Source: Eubacteriales bacterium
GTDB lineage: Bacteria > Bacillota > Clostridia > Oscillospirales > CAG-272
Length of the DNA: 64,000 nt
Assembly (NCBI GenBank): GCA_045587025.1
Contig: JAZNBK010000053.1
Span: 19,136 to 83,135 of the forward strand
Direction of reading: 5' to 3'
Shown: positions 9,893-20,131 of the stretch, one piece after another
How the letters are laid out: each line of letters starts with the position of its first letter
Numbering within the stretch: the first letter of the stretch is position 1
Program-made: the position numbers and the translations under genes
The notes under the pieces: generated by a model
Database searches by the model: none
What the model saw: only the letters and a program-made list of their open reading frames with translations
What the model was told of the DNA's origin: nothing

Positions 9893-10340
9893 CCGTTCGA
9901 CCGTATTTTTCTATATCTGACAAGTATTGTTTACATTCCTTCTTTGCGGCGCTCAGGTCGAGGTCAAGATAATTTCCACATTCCTTTCGGCTGGCGCCAA
10001 AAACCTCTCCCTCGTATTCCAATATATCGGATAGCGTCTTTTTGATATAAAATACCGCCTCGTCTATATCGGTATTACGGAGCAAAAGGTAAAATCCCGT
10101 TCTGCATCCCATAGGGCCGAAATAGATAACCCTATCACCTATATCCGAGTTTCTTATCATTGTCGCAAACATATGCTCGACTGTATGCATAGTGGTACTG
10201 TCCATATAGCTGTCGCAATTCGGCCTTCTCGTACGTAAATCATAGGTAGTAATATCTCCGTCAACTCTCGATACGTATATCCCCGGAAGAATTTTGTCGT
10301 GATCAACACGAAAGCTTTGTATTTTTGTAATTTCCTTCAT
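9873..10340 (-). CDS. luxS: S-ribosylhomocysteine lyase (AI-2 synthase)
   Basis: 155 aa. Metal-binding HTVEH (HxxEH) and the conserved GPMGCRTGFY cysteine region. Immediately upstream of mtnN on the same strand. Confidence 0.95.
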   Translation of the reverse strand: MKEITKIQSFRVDHDKILPGIYVSRVDGDITTYDLRTRRPNCDSYMDSTTMHTVEHMFATMIRNSDIGDRVIYFGPMGCRTGFYLLLRNTDIDEAVFYIKKTLSDILEYEGEVFGASRKECGNYLDLDLSAAKKECKQYLSDIEKYGRTDGKYDD

Positions 10341-10590
10341 TTGTCAGCTCCGTTTTATAATTTTTATATATGAGGTTAATTATGAATAACGCTTTTATTC
10401 TAAGCTTGTTCACTCAAATTAAATATTGAACGTGAAATCATACGAAGTTAAATCTCTCGCCTACATTATATCATTTTTTTCTGTTAATTTCAATGCAATA
10501 GAGAAAAAATAGAAAGATGTTTTACATAAATCTTTACTTTTGTCGGATTATATGGTAAAATATAACATAATGAGAAATGGGAGCATAGAA

Positions 10591-11310
10591 ATGGAATTTA
10601 AAAGCATTTTTTCAAATCTTCTTGACGTATATGACAGTATAATCGTTTTTGACACCGAAACCTCCGGTCTCGACAGCAAAAAAGAGGATATAATAGAAAT
10701 TTCTTTAATTAAGCTTGAAAACAAGAAAAAACCGTGTGTTACGCTTGAGCTTGACAGATATATTTTCCTCGGCAGACCTCTTGATCCTGCGGTCGTGGAG
10801 CTGACGGGAATTACTGACGAGAAGCTTAACACCGACGGCCTTGACAGAAACGAAGTAGCAAAAGAGGTTTCGGACGCTTTCCGCGGGCATAATCTTATTG
10901 TAGCTCACAACGCAAACTTTGATTTACATTTTTTAACTGAGCTTTTCAGAAAAACAGGAATGGGCATAGACCTGTCGCAGTCCGACTTCTTAGACACCTT
11001 GACAATATACAAGGACCGTCGCCAATTTCCGCACAAGCTGTGCAACGCCATTGCCGAATACGGTCTTGAAGGAAAGGCAGTAAACTCTCACACCTCTATT
11101 GACGACGCATACGCCGCCTTGCTCGTTTTAGACGAGATGGTCTGTGAGCGTGATGACATACCGCTTTATATAAATTTGTTTGGCTTTAATCCTAAATATT
11201 CCTTCACTCCCGTCGAGGAATTGCCAAAATTGACGTATTGCCCCCAGCCGTTTACTTCTCCGTTACCGCTTTATTTTGATATAGCTCATTTTTGTAAGAA
11301 ACCCAATTGA
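10591..11310 (+). CDS. DEDDh 3'-5' exonuclease (DnaQ/epsilon-like)
   Basis: Exo I VFDTETSGLD, Exo II AHNANFDLHFL, Exo III HTSIDDAYA. The track ORF begins with TTG at 10540. ATG 10591 follows a GGGAG RBS, so the start is uncertain. Confidence 0.8.
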   Translation: MEFKSIFSNLLDVYDSIIVFDTETSGLDSKKEDIIEISLIKLENKKKPCVTLELDRYIFLGRPLDPAVVELTGITDEKLNTDGLDRNEVAKEVSDAFRGHNLIVAHNANFDLHFLTELFRKTGMGIDLSQSDFLDTLTIYKDRRQFPHKLCNAIAEYGLEGKAVNSHTSIDDAYAALLVLDEMVCERDDIPLYINLFGFNPKYSFTPVEELPKLTYCPQPFTSPLPLYFDIAHFCKKPN

Positions 11311-11329
11311 AATATAAGCGAGGAATTAT

Positions 11330-12331
11330 ATGAAAACCAAGAGAAACACTTCCGAAAACGCAGAGAAATATGTCCTGCAAGTGCTTGAAGAAGAAAAAGG
11401 ACATTACGTTTCCGGCAGTAAATTAGCGAAAAATTCCAACGTAAGCCGAAGCGCTATCTGGAAGGTTGTCAACTCCCTGCGTAAAAAGGGACATATAATA
11501 GAGGGCTCTACCAGAAAGGGCTATAACCTCATCCCCCGCGACTCCGTAATTTCCGAGGCGAGCATAAAAAAGCATATGCACATGTATGCCGACAGCGTAG
11601 GCATACGCGCCTTCGAAAAGGTGACCTCTACCAACACTGTAGCGAGAGATTTCGCAGAAAGGGGCTATGGACAATTCACCACTGTCGTCGCAGACGAGCA
11701 GACGAACGGAAGAGGACGGCTCGGAAGAAGCTTCTTTTCTCCCGGCGGATCGGGTATCTATATGAGCGTGATTTTACGTCCGACACTCCCGCCTGAAAAG
11801 GCGCTTTATATCACTACCGCCGCCGCTGCCGCCTGCGCAGAGGCGATAGAGTCGGTTTTTGGACTTAAAACCGAAATAAAATGGGTAAACGACGTACTAT
11901 ACCAAGGAAAAAAGGTGTGTGGCATTTTAACGGAAAGCGCTTTCGACGCTAAAAACAACATTTCATACGTCATACTTGGCATAGGCGTAAACGTTTTTCC
12001 GCCAAAAGAGGGCTTCCCAAAAGAAATTGAAGGCATTGCGTCGTGGCTTTCAAGCGAGCCGCTTTTTGAAGTCAGAAGCCGCCTTATTGCCGAAATTCTC
12101 GAACGCTTCATTTTTTACTATGACGGAATTTTGAGCAAATCCTTTATGAACAGCTATCGCAAGCGCCTTTGCTGGATAGGCGAAAAAATAAACGTTATTA
12201 ACGGAGAAACCGTAAGAGGCGCAACACTCGTCGGGCTCTCCGACAATCTGGAGCTCGAAGTCCGATTTGATGACGGCGAGTGGGGCTTAATATACTCCGG
12301 TGAGGTAAGCATACGAAAAACGTCAACTTAA
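11330..12331 (+). CDS. birA: bifunctional biotin-[acetyl-CoA-carboxylase] ligase / biotin operon repressor
   Basis: 333 aa. N-terminal winged HTH (SGSKLAKNSNVSRSAIWKVVNSLRKKG). Biotin ligase glycine-rich motif TNGRGRLGRSFFSPGGSGIYMS. Confidence 0.9.
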   Translation: MKTKRNTSENAEKYVLQVLEEEKGHYVSGSKLAKNSNVSRSAIWKVVNSLRKKGHIIEGSTRKGYNLIPRDSVISEASIKKHMHMYADSVGIRAFEKVTSTNTVARDFAERGYGQFTTVVADEQTNGRGRLGRSFFSPGGSGIYMSVILRPTLPPEKALYITTAAAAACAEAIESVFGLKTEIKWVNDVLYQGKKVCGILTESAFDAKNNISYVILGIGVNVFPPKEGFPKEIEGIASWLSSEPLFEVRSRLIAEILERFIFYYDGILSKSFMNSYRKRLCWIGEKINVINGETVRGATLVGLSDNLELEVRFDDGEWGLIYSGEVSIRKTST

Positions 12332-12336
12332 GCTAA

Positions 12337-12376
12337 AAGACGATATGTAAACGTTTAGTTACATATCGTCTTTATT
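12337..12376. terminator. bidirectional intrinsic terminator
   Basis: 14-bp perfect stem AAGACGATATGTAA / TTACATATCGTCTT with an 8-nt loop, flanked by A- and T-rich runs. Lies between convergent birA and dusB. Confidence 0.8.
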
Positions 12377-12382
12377 TGTATT

Positions 12383-13363
12383 CTAAAGCGCAGACGCTTT
12401 TTCTTCTAAAACCGCCTTTATCTCGCTATAACTCTCGAGTGAATTTATTTTCGCGCGGATTTCAGCCGCGCCATTAATACCCTTTATATACTCGGCTATT
12501 TGCTTTCTCGACTCGAATACCGCAATACGCTCGCCCTTGTCCTCTATCGCAAGGCGAAGCTGCAAGAGCGCCGTATCTATCTTCTCTCTTTGCGTAACGT
12601 GCGACACCTGTCTTCCTTCCAACAATGCCTTGATTTCCGCAAAAATGAAAGGGTTTCCCACAGCGCCTCTTCCGACTGCAACGCCGTCGCACTTCGTTTG
12701 TCGAAGCATTGAAATAGCGTCCTCGCCGCTTATTATATCGCCGTTTGCAATAACGGGAACAGAAACGCTCTCCTTTACCCTCGCAATAATCTCACGATCA
12801 GCTTTTCCCGAATACATCTGCGTTTTCGTCCTGCCGTGGACGCAAATCAAGGAAGCGCCTCCTGCCTGCGCCGCCTGCGCTACCTCGCACGCATTTATGC
12901 TTTTTTCATCGTAGCCGGCGCGGATTTTTACAGTTACGGGGAGCGGCGACGCCTTGGCAACGGCAGAAACAAGCCGCATTACGAGGTCGGGATCCTTCAT
13001 AAGATAACTCCCCTCGTGATTTCCCGTTATTTTAGGTACGGGACAGCCCATATTGATATCAATGGCGCAAGGCAAGACCTCTCCCGCATATCCCTCGTAA
13101 ATCATAGCCGTCGCCTCTGCCATAACGCTCTCCTCGTGCCCAAAAAGCTGCAAGGCGCAAGGCGCTTCATCTGCTTCAATGCGACAGAGCTCAACGGTTT
13201 TTTTATCACGATAGCATATCGCTTTTGCTGAAACCATTTCGGACGTCAGATATTCTGCGCCGTAACCCTTACAAATCAAGCGCATCGCTCTATCTGTAAA
13301 GCCCGCCATAGGCGCAAGGAAAAGCCCATATTTGATTTCAGTATTTCCTATACATATTCTCAA
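12383..13363 (-). CDS. dusB: tRNA-dihydrouridine synthase
   Basis: 326 aa. LAPMAGFTDRAMRLICKGYGAE N-terminus, DINMGCP catalytic-Cys region, and a TIM-barrel FMN pattern (HGRT..., ANGDI). Confidence 0.9.
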   Translation of the reverse strand: MRICIGNTEIKYGLFLAPMAGFTDRAMRLICKGYGAEYLTSEMVSAKAICYRDKKTVELCRIEADEAPCALQLFGHEESVMAEATAMIYEGYAGEVLPCAIDINMGCPVPKITGNHEGSYLMKDPDLVMRLVSAVAKASPLPVTVKIRAGYDEKSINACEVAQAAQAGGASLICVHGRTKTQMYSGKADREIIARVKESVSVPVIANGDIISGEDAISMLRQTKCDGVAVGRGAVGNPFIFAEIKALLEGRQVSHVTQREKIDTALLQLRLAIEDKGERIAVFESRKQIAEYIKGINGAAEIRAKINSLESYSEIKAVLEEKASAL

Positions 13364-13896
13364 TGTCGTAATTCCTCGGATAATACAGTTTTTTCATTGA
13401 ATTTGCACATTAATTTTACTGCCCGTGTCGTTGCTTCGAAATATACGGCGTATCCCTTCCCTTCGTTCAGATAATACGCTATATAAGAGTCGGGACTTTT
13501 TGCAGTACCTCTATAATCGTATACGACGGCGTTTTTTATCTGCTCATCGTCAAAGCACGCAACGGGGGCTATCTTTTCTGCATCTCTAATCTTGAAGCGG
13601 AGCTGTTCCTTCTTTTTCTTCGGAGAATATGCAATATAAAATACCATCTCGCCCTGCTCTATTTTATATTCGTAATCGTATTTTACAAGATGCCACGTGA
13701 AAAATATAAGCATCCAAATCAAAAGGGGCAGCACGGCAATTACCTGAGGCATCTTTACTGCGGTCAGAAAAAACACAATATAGCCAGAGCCGAAGAAAAC
13801 GTATAAAAGCACAAGCAATATTCTTTTCGTTAAATTATCGCCTTCCGCCTTTTTCGCTACGCCGTATTCTGCGTAATTCAATAATCCTTCACTCAT
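13360..13896 (-). CDS. hypothetical membrane protein
   Basis: 178-aa ORF with a 4-nt ATGA-type overlap with dusB downstream. Two predicted TM helices (ILLVLLYVFFGSGYIVFFL, VIAVLPLLIWMLIFF). No recognisable motif. Confidence 0.5.
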   Translation of the reverse strand: MSEGLLNYAEYGVAKKAEGDNLTKRILLVLLYVFFGSGYIVFFLTAVKMPQVIAVLPLLIWMLIFFTWHLVKYDYEYKIEQGEMVFYIAYSPKKKKEQLRFKIRDAEKIAPVACFDDEQIKNAVVYDYRGTAKSPDSYIAYYLNEGKGYAVYFEATTRAVKLMCKFNEKTVLSEELRH

Positions 13897-14032
13897 AACA
13901 GCTCTCCATACGATAAAATCTATGCGTTTTATCTGATACTTTTTTAATTCGGTATTCCATTTTTAATGAAATTATGATATACTTAAATTATAGCATGAGG
14001 TAATCTACAATTCAAGCATTTTGGAGAAAAAT

Positions 14033-16054
14033 ATGCAAAGAACCAATACTCTTCCCGAATTACTCGCCCCTGCGGGCTCATACGAAGCTCTGCTCGGCGC
14101 AATAGAGGCAGGCGCTGATGCAGTTTATTTAGGCGGTAAGAGCTTTAATGCGCGGGCATACGCCAAAAATCTCGACGACGAAGACGTAAAAAGAGCTATA
14201 ACCTACGCGCATCTGCATAACGTAAAGGTATACGTAACGCTGAACACTCTGCTTTTTGATAAAGAGCTTTCCTCCTTTCTTGAATATGCTAAATATTTAT
14301 ATGAAATCGGTGCGGATGCAGTAATCGTCGCCGACATGGGCGCTATTTCGCTTTTGCGACGTGAGCTTCCTTTCCTCGAAATTCACGCAAGCACACAGGC
14401 GACCGTGCAGTCCTCGGCGGGAGCTGACGAGCTGTACGCAATGGGAGTTCGCCGAGTTGTTCTCTCCCGTGAGCTTTCTCTTGAAAACATCAAAAAAACA
14501 ACCGAAATATGCAAGGGCGAAACCGAAATTTTTCTTCACGGAGCTCTATGCGTTTGTCACTCGGGGCAATGCCTTTTCAGCTCGCTTGTCGGAGATAGGA
14601 GCGGAAACCGAGGAGAGTGCGCTCAGCCCTGCCGACTGCCATATAAAAACGGATATCCCCTGAGCTTAAAGGACCTCTCGCTATGCTCTCACATACCCGA
14701 GCTTATCGAGAGTGGCGTTTCCTCGCTCAAAATCGAGGGTAGAATGAAATCTCCCGAATACGTATACGGCGTAACGAAAATCTACCGCCGTCTGCTCGAC
14801 GAAAGAAGAAACGCAACGAAGGAAGAAAAGGAAGCGCTCGCATCTCTGTTTTCAAGGGGCGGATTTACCGACGGATATTTTGTCGGAAAGCTTGGTCCCG
14901 AGATGGAGGGCGTGCGAAGCGAGACGGACAAAGAGAAAACAAGAAGCTTGGAGCAAAGAAGCTTTAAGGAGCGAAAGTTAAAGATAAGCGCCGTCTGCAA
15001 GATAAAAACAGGTTGTCCTGCGCTCTTAGAGCTTTCGTACAAGGATAAAAAAGCGGTTTTCGAGGGCGAAATTCCCGAAACGGCGAAAAGCTTTGCGCTT
15101 ACAGAAGAAGGTGTTATTTCTCAAATTTCAAAAATGGGAAATACCTTTTTCACTCTTGAAAAAGACGACGTTTCTTTATATCTTGACGACGGTCTCAACC
15201 TTCCTGTTTCTGCCTTAAATTCTCTTCGCAGAGGCGCCTCGCAAGCGCTATTAGAGCAGTTCAATAAAAAAGCGGAGAAAAACCCACCGCAACAGCAGGT
15301 GATAGAAAAGATTACCGCAAAATCGCCCGACGCATACACTGCACTCTGCTTCAATTATTCTCAATTTGAAGCAATTTCGGACGAGAATTTCTTTGATATA
15401 ATTTATCTTCCGCTACTTGAAATTTCCGACACGAAAAAAATACCGAACGGCGTTTATATCCCACCCGTAATTACCGAGAGCGAGACGGACGAGGTTCTCT
15501 CTCTTATGAAGAAGGTCAAGTCGTTGGGCGTAAAATACGCGCTTGTCGGTAATTTATCCCACATCTCTCTGGCAAGAGAGGCAGGGCTTATTCCAAACGG
15601 AGATTTTCGACTTAACGTCGCTAACAATGAAGCGCAAAAAGCGTGGCGAAGCTTAGGGGTTGAAAGATTTGTACTCTCCCCAGAGCTTACGTTAGCTAAG
15701 ATACGTGACATACATGACGGCTCGCCGATAGTTTACGGAAGAATACCTCTTATGCTTCTCGAGCGCTGTTATATGAAGATTAACTTCGGATGCAGAACCT
15801 GTTCAAAATGCCACTTGACCGACAGGCGAGGGGTTAAATTCCCTCTTATCCGAGAATATAAGCACCGTAACCTGCTCCTTAATAGCAGTATCACCTATAT
15901 GGGAGATAAAAAAGAGCTTCTCTCGCAGTATGGAATCAGGGGAGGTCATTTCATATTCACTGTAGAAACGCCAGATGAATGTATAAGGGCTATATCCGCC
16001 TATAAAAGCGGGCGCGCTCTGCAAAATACTCAAATAAGAAGAATATCAAAATAA
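14033..16054 (+). CDS. U32 family peptidase-like protein
   Basis: ELLAPAGSYEALLGAIEAGADAVYLGG N-terminus and EIFLHGALCVCHSGQC motif match the U32 family. The track ORF begins with TTG at 14021. The first ATG, 14033, follows GGAG. Confidence 0.85.
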   Translation: MQRTNTLPELLAPAGSYEALLGAIEAGADAVYLGGKSFNARAYAKNLDDEDVKRAITYAHLHNVKVYVTLNTLLFDKELSSFLEYAKYLYEIGADAVIVADMGAISLLRRELPFLEIHASTQATVQSSAGADELYAMGVRRVVLSRELSLENIKKTTEICKGETEIFLHGALCVCHSGQCLFSSLVGDRSGNRGECAQPCRLPYKNGYPLSLKDLSLCSHIPELIESGVSSLKIEGRMKSPEYVYGVTKIYRRLLDERRNATKEEKEALASLFSRGGFTDGYFVGKLGPEMEGVRSETDKEKTRSLEQRSFKERKLKISAVCKIKTGCPALLELSYKDKKAVFEGEIPETAKSFALTEEGVISQISKMGNTFFTLEKDDVSLYLDDGLNLPVSALNSLRRGASQALLEQFNKKAEKNPPQQQVIEKITAKSPDAYTALCFNYSQFEAISDENFFDIIYLPLLEISDTKKIPNGVYIPPVITESETDEVLSLMKKVKSLGVKYALVGNLSHISLAREAGLIPNGDFRLNVANNEAQKAWRSLGVERFVLSPELTLAKIRDIHDGSPIVYGRIPLMLLERCYMKINFGCRTCSKCHLTDRRGVKFPLIREYKHRNLLLNSSITYMGDKKELLSQYGIRGGHFIFTVETPDECIRAISAYKSGRALQNTQIRRISK

Positions 16055-16067
16055 TATCGGATTTATT

Positions 16068-16652
16068 ATGAAAAACGAAGCTTTAAACAAAACAAAAATC
16101 ATTCTTGCGTCTGCCTCTCCGAGACGAAAGGAAATCATGGAGAGAATGGGATTAAGATTTGAAATCGTCACTTCTGATGTAAATGAAAGTTTACCTCCCG
16201 AGATTTCCGCATCTGAAGCTACAAAAATTTTAGCTCATAAAAAATCGGATGCCGTCGCTAAAATTTGCGGAGATGACTGCGTCGTTATCGGCTCCGATAC
16301 CCTGTTAGAGCATAACGGCGAGCCGCTTGGGAAGCCGAGGGACGAAAATCACGCCTTCGATATGCTTATGTCGCTTTCAGGCAAAAGGCATCTCGTACAT
16401 ACCGCCGTTGCAGTAATCTACAAGGGGCGCACGCTTGTCGATATAGACACGACCTCGGTATATATGCGCGCCTTTTCCGAAGATGAAGCCAAAGAATATA
16501 TTGAAACGAAGGAGCCAATGGACAAGGCGGGAGCTTACGCAATTCAAGGGATAGGCGCAAAGCTGGTAGAAAAAATCGAGGGAGAATTTGATACTGTCGT
16601 GGGACTGCCCTCAAAGCTGCTTATTAAAATGCTCACGGAGATTACAAAATGA
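16068..16652 (+). CDS. maf: Maf-like nucleoside triphosphate pyrophosphatase
   Basis: 194 aa. ILASASPRRKEIM, GSDT and AGAYAIQG motifs. Confidence 0.9.
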   Translation: MKNEALNKTKIILASASPRRKEIMERMGLRFEIVTSDVNESLPPEISASEATKILAHKKSDAVAKICGDDCVVIGSDTLLEHNGEPLGKPRDENHAFDMLMSLSGKRHLVHTAVAVIYKGRTLVDIDTTSVYMRAFSEDEAKEYIETKEPMDKAGAYAIQGIGAKLVEKIEGEFDTVVGLPSKLLIKMLTEITK

Positions 16653-17329
16653 GAGAAACGGAAAAGAAGAAACGCCTTTTCGAAATTGAAAAGGTCTTAA
16701 AACGCCTCTACCCTGACGCAAAATGCTCGCTTGAATATGAAAACGATCCATGGAAGCTCTTAATAATGGGACGGCTCTCTGCCCAATGCACCGATGAAAG
16801 AGTAAATATCGTCTGCCGTGAGCTTTTCAAGGTATTGCCTGATGCGTACGCTATGGCAAAAGCAGAGCTTTCCACAATCGAAAACCTGATAAAGCCCTGC
16901 GGTCTTTATCATATGAAGGCGAAAAATCTAAAGGAGTCCTCACAAATGTTGATTGACAAATTCGATGGGCGGCTCCCTGACACTATGGATGAGCTTTTAA
17001 TGCTTCCGGGCGTGGGAAGGAAGATTGCCAATCTGATTTTAGGCGACGTTTTCCATAAAAGCGCGATAGTTACCGATACTCATTGTATAAGAATTTGTGG
17101 CAGATTTGGAATGTACCCCGAAAGCGAAAAAAATCCGTATAAAATTGAAAAAATACTTACGCCGCTCGCAACTCCCGAAACGTCGAGCGACCTGTGCCAC
17201 CGCCTTGTTCTTTTCGGGCGTGAGATATGTACCGCGCGCTCCCCGAAATGCAACGAATGTCCTATGGGCGCTATGGACTTGTGCGAAAAATATAATAAGG
17301 CGAGCAAGAGAAAACGCTCGGAGGTTTAA
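16649..17329 (+). CDS. nth: endonuclease III
   Basis: HhH-GPD motif LPGVGRKIANLILGD and a C-terminal [4Fe-4S] cluster loop CTARSPKCNECPMGAMDLC. 4-nt overlap with maf. Confidence 0.9.
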   Translation: MRETEKKKRLFEIEKVLKRLYPDAKCSLEYENDPWKLLIMGRLSAQCTDERVNIVCRELFKVLPDAYAMAKAELSTIENLIKPCGLYHMKAKNLKESSQMLIDKFDGRLPDTMDELLMLPGVGRKIANLILGDVFHKSAIVTDTHCIRICGRFGMYPESEKNPYKIEKILTPLATPETSSDLCHRLVLFGREICTARSPKCNECPMGAMDLCEKYNKASKRKRSEV

Positions 17330-17330
17330 A

Positions 17331-17930
17331 ATGGAAAAGCTAAAAATAGACAGACCTATCATTGTCGAGGGAAAATACGACAAAATAACGCTCCTCTCAG
17401 TTTTAGACGCGCATATTATTACCACGGGCGGTTTTTCGCTGTTCAATAAAAAGGAAAAGCTCTCGCTTATCAAGCAGCTCGGCGAAAAGCACGGAATTAT
17501 TCTGCTGACAGACAGCGACGGAGGTGGTAGACAGATACGCTCTTATCTATCATCTGCCCTACCAAAAGAAAAAATAACTCATCTCTATATACCTCAGATC
17601 GAGGGCAAGGAGAAAAGAAAAAAATCACCCTCAAAATCAGGGCTCTTGGGCGTTGAGGGAATGAAAAAAGAGCTTCTTTACTGCCTCTTCAAGCCGTATT
17701 CAAACGGCGAAGGCGCTACCTTGCATTACGGCGGCATAACGAAGAACGATTTTTATTTTGACGGGCTTTCGGGCGGTAGTGGAAGCAAGGAAAAGAGAGC
17801 TTGCCTTGCAAGGAGATTTTCACTACCCGAAGATATGAGCGCAAACTCGCTTTTAGAAGCGCTGAATCTCTTGATAACTCTCGACGAATATAAGGATTGC
17901 GTCGGGGAGATAGCCCAAAATGTCAACTAA
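17331..17930 (+). CDS. Toprim domain protein (RNase M5-like / DUF4093-type)
   Basis: ATG 17331 lies just after the nth stop. Toprim signature IIVEGKYD ... ILLTDSDGGGRQIR. The longer track ORF from 17097 overlaps nth out of frame and is not supported. Confidence 0.7.
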   Translation: MEKLKIDRPIIVEGKYDKITLLSVLDAHIITTGGFSLFNKKEKLSLIKQLGEKHGIILLTDSDGGGRQIRSYLSSALPKEKITHLYIPQIEGKEKRKKSPSKSGLLGVEGMKKELLYCLFKPYSNGEGATLHYGGITKNDFYFDGLSGGSGSKEKRACLARRFSLPEDMSANSLLEALNLLITLDEYKDCVGEIAQNVN

Positions 17931-17957
17931 ACATTACAAACAAAAAGAGGAGAATTT

Positions 17958-18398
17958 ATGCTGACACATTCTTTCTACGGTGCGAAATATCTGACCACCC
18001 TTCGCCTTCAGCCGAACGGAAAGTTAATAAAAACGCTGGGAGAGCTTTTCAAGGTTCTTCTTTCCTGCTGGTCGAAGGACACCTCAAATCCTACCCATAA
18101 CGAAAAATGGAACAGAGCCAACCCCACTGTCGCGCAATCCGACGTTACATCAATGCTGGTATGCGATATGTTCGGAGGAACTATCCATAAAATAGAGGTA
18201 GACGGTTTTACGCATTATTTCAATAAAATAAACGGAAATTACATAGATATGACAAGAGAACAGTTCGAAATTTCAAAGACGCCTATAGCTTACGAGGAAA
18301 ACGTAGAAGTTGCGCGCGCCTCTCTAAACGACGACGAAGCCGTAACGAGCCGATATAAGCTGCTTTTAAAAAGAATTTCGGATTATTTGGCGGTTTAA
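17958..18398 (+). CDS. hypothetical protein, YunG-like
   Basis: 146 aa with a GAGGAG RBS. The pattern CWSKDTS...W...NP...Q..VTSMLVCDMFGG...HYFNKINGNYIDMTREQF resembles the YunG family as I recall it. Confidence 0.5.
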   Translation: MLTHSFYGAKYLTTLRLQPNGKLIKTLGELFKVLLSCWSKDTSNPTHNEKWNRANPTVAQSDVTSMLVCDMFGGTIHKIEVDGFTHYFNKINGNYIDMTREQFEISKTPIAYEENVEVARASLNDDEAVTSRYKLLLKRISDYLAV

Positions 18399-18440
18399 TT
18401 GTTTAACATTTATAAAATTCATTTGTAAAGGAAAAAAATT

Positions 18441-18998
18441 ATGCTAACGTTAAGAAAAGGACGCCCTGAAAACGAAGAAGGAAGATTAGAAAAGGAAATA
18501 AAGGTTTACGACCTGCTCGACAAGCTCGGCGTAGAATATTGGCAGATTGATCACGAGCCGGCAATGACGATGCAGGTATGCGCGGAAATAGACAAGGTTC
18601 TCTTGACCTCAACCTGCAAGAATTTATTTTTGTGTAACCGTCAACAAACCGACTTCTATCTTTTGCTTATAGATGCCGATAAGATTTTCAAAACGAAATT
18701 TCTTTCCTCACAGCTTGGAGTAGCGCGGCTTTCCTTTGCGGGCGAGGAATTTATGTCAGAGCTTTTAGACCTCACGCCCGGCTCTGTAAGCGTTATGGGA
18801 CTTGCAAATGACAAGGAAGGAAGGGTCCGTCTGGTAATAGATAAGGATATTCTTAAAAACGAGTATCTCGGATTTCACCCCTGCATAAACACCTCAAGCT
18901 TCAAAATAAAGACGACGGACCTCTTGGACGTGGTTATCCCCGCATTAAATCACACCCCCGTTATCGTAGACCTTCCCTCTGTCGAGGAAGCACAATAA
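18441..18998 (+). CDS. YbaK/ProX-type aminoacyl-tRNA editing domain protein
   Basis: 185 aa. Similar to stand-alone prolyl-tRNA-synthetase-associated editing proteins (CKNLFLCNRQQ..., PGSVSVMGL, HPCINTSS). Confidence 0.75.
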   Translation: MLTLRKGRPENEEGRLEKEIKVYDLLDKLGVEYWQIDHEPAMTMQVCAEIDKVLLTSTCKNLFLCNRQQTDFYLLLIDADKIFKTKFLSSQLGVARLSFAGEEFMSELLDLTPGSVSVMGLANDKEGRVRLVIDKDILKNEYLGFHPCINTSSFKIKTTDLLDVVIPALNHTPVIVDLPSVEEAQ

Positions 18999-19026
18999 AA
19001 AATTTTTATTTTTTTTAAAAAACCTA

Positions 19027-19063
19027 TTGACAAAGTAAAAATCCTCTGTTATAATAATGATAA
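19027..19063 (+). promoter_or_regulatory. sigma-A promoter with overlapping Fur/PerR-type box upstream of perR
   Basis: TTGACA (19027-19032), 17 nt, TATAAT (19050-19055). The 15-mer TTATAATAATGATAA (19049-19063) differs at one position from the 7-1-7 PerR/Fur consensus TTATAATnATTATAA. Confidence 0.65.
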
Positions 19064-19088
19064 CCATTACTGATAAGGAGGGTGATTG

Positions 19089-19454
19089 ATGAGATATTCA
19101 CATCAAAGAGAGCTCATCCGCGAAGTAGTAAAGGGAAGATTTGATCATCCTACGGCAGATATGATATATGACGCCGTAAGAGAACGAGAAGCAACGATAA
19201 GTTTAGGCACGGTGTATCGCAACCTGAAGCAGCTTTCTGAGGAAAACTGCATTGATACCCTTGAGACCGTGGACAAAAAAATCCATTACGACGGCAGAAC
19301 TGAACCACACGTTCATTTCATATGTACGGCTTGTAATCAGATTTTTGACTTCATGCTTCCCTTGAAGGTTCCCGATGAGATATCAAAAAAGGGATTTTCG
19401 GTTGATTCCGAAAAATGTGTTTATTACGGCTCATGCGACGCCTGTAGAAAGTAA
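19089..19454 (+). CDS. perR: Fur family transcriptional regulator (PerR-like peroxide repressor)
   Basis: 121 aa from ATG 19089 with a GGAGG RBS. Winged-helix ISLGTVYRNLKQL. Structural zinc CxxC pairs (CTACNQ..., CDACRK). Sits directly upstream of rubrerythrin. Confidence 0.75.
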   Translation: MRYSHQRELIREVVKGRFDHPTADMIYDAVREREATISLGTVYRNLKQLSEENCIDTLETVDKKIHYDGRTEPHVHFICTACNQIFDFMLPLKVPDEISKKGFSVDSEKCVYYGSCDACRK

Positions 19455-19487
19455 ATATGCGAGTTTTCGCTAAAAAATATTAAAAAA

Positions 19488-19499
19488 TTATCATTATTA
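19488..19499 (-). promoter_or_regulatory. second PerR-type half box upstream of rubrerythrin
   Basis: The reverse complement of 19488-19499 is TAATAATGATAA, identical to the 12 3'-terminal nt of the perR-promoter box. It ends 13 nt before the rbr start codon. Confidence 0.5.
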
Positions 19500-19512
19500 A
19501 AGGAGAATTATT

Positions 19513-20055
19513 ATGAAAAAATTTGTTTGTTCCATTTGCGGTTACGTTCACGAGGGAGATTCCGCTCCCGAAAAATGCCCACAGTGCAAAGCGCCCGCTT
19601 CTAAGTTTGCAGAGCAGAAGGAAGGACTTGCTTGGGCTGCCGAGCACGTAGTAGGCGTCGCTCAGGGCGTAGATGAAGAAATCATCGAAGGGCTCAGAAT
19701 GAACTTCACAGGCGAATGTACCGAGGTTGGTATGTATCTCGCTATGGCAAGAGTAGCGCACAGAGAGGGCTATCCCGAAATCGGTCTTTACTGGGAAAAG
19801 GCGGCTTACGAGGAAGCAGAGCACGCCGCTAAATTTGCAGAGCTTCTCGGAGAGGTAGTTACCGATTCCACAAAGAAAAATCTCGAATTGAGAGTTGCGG
19901 CTGAAAACGGCGCGACCGAGGGCAAGTTTGCTATCGCAAAAAGAGCGAAGGAGCTTGGACTCGACGCTATCCATGACACCGTTCATGAAATGGCAAGAGA
20001 TGAGGCAAGACACGGTAAAGCATTCGAAGGACTTCTTAAGAGATACTTCAAATAA
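19513..20055 (+). CDS. rbr: reverse rubrerythrin (N-terminal rubredoxin-like domain plus diiron four-helix bundle)
   Basis: 180 aa. N-terminal CSICGY...CPQCKA FeCys4 motif, followed by a ferritin-like domain with ExxH motifs (EAEH, EARH). This is the reversed domain order known from clostridial revRbr. Confidence 0.9.
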   Translation: MKKFVCSICGYVHEGDSAPEKCPQCKAPASKFAEQKEGLAWAAEHVVGVAQGVDEEIIEGLRMNFTGECTEVGMYLAMARVAHREGYPEIGLYWEKAAYEEAEHAAKFAELLGEVVTDSTKKNLELRVAAENGATEGKFAIAKRAKELGLDAIHDTVHEMARDEARHGKAFEGLLKRYFK

Positions 20056-20131
20056 AAAGCAAACGGCTGAATAATACCGATTGTATAACGGCTATAATTA
20101 ATAAAAACAAATCATAGTAAAGGAGTTCATT

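Noticed and set aside
17097-17330. N-terminal 78-codon extension of the Toprim ORF
   Set aside because: The extension overlaps the 3' third of nth in another frame and encodes Arg/Lys/Ala-rich nonsense. ATG 17331 lies immediately after the nth stop and begins the conserved Toprim sequence.
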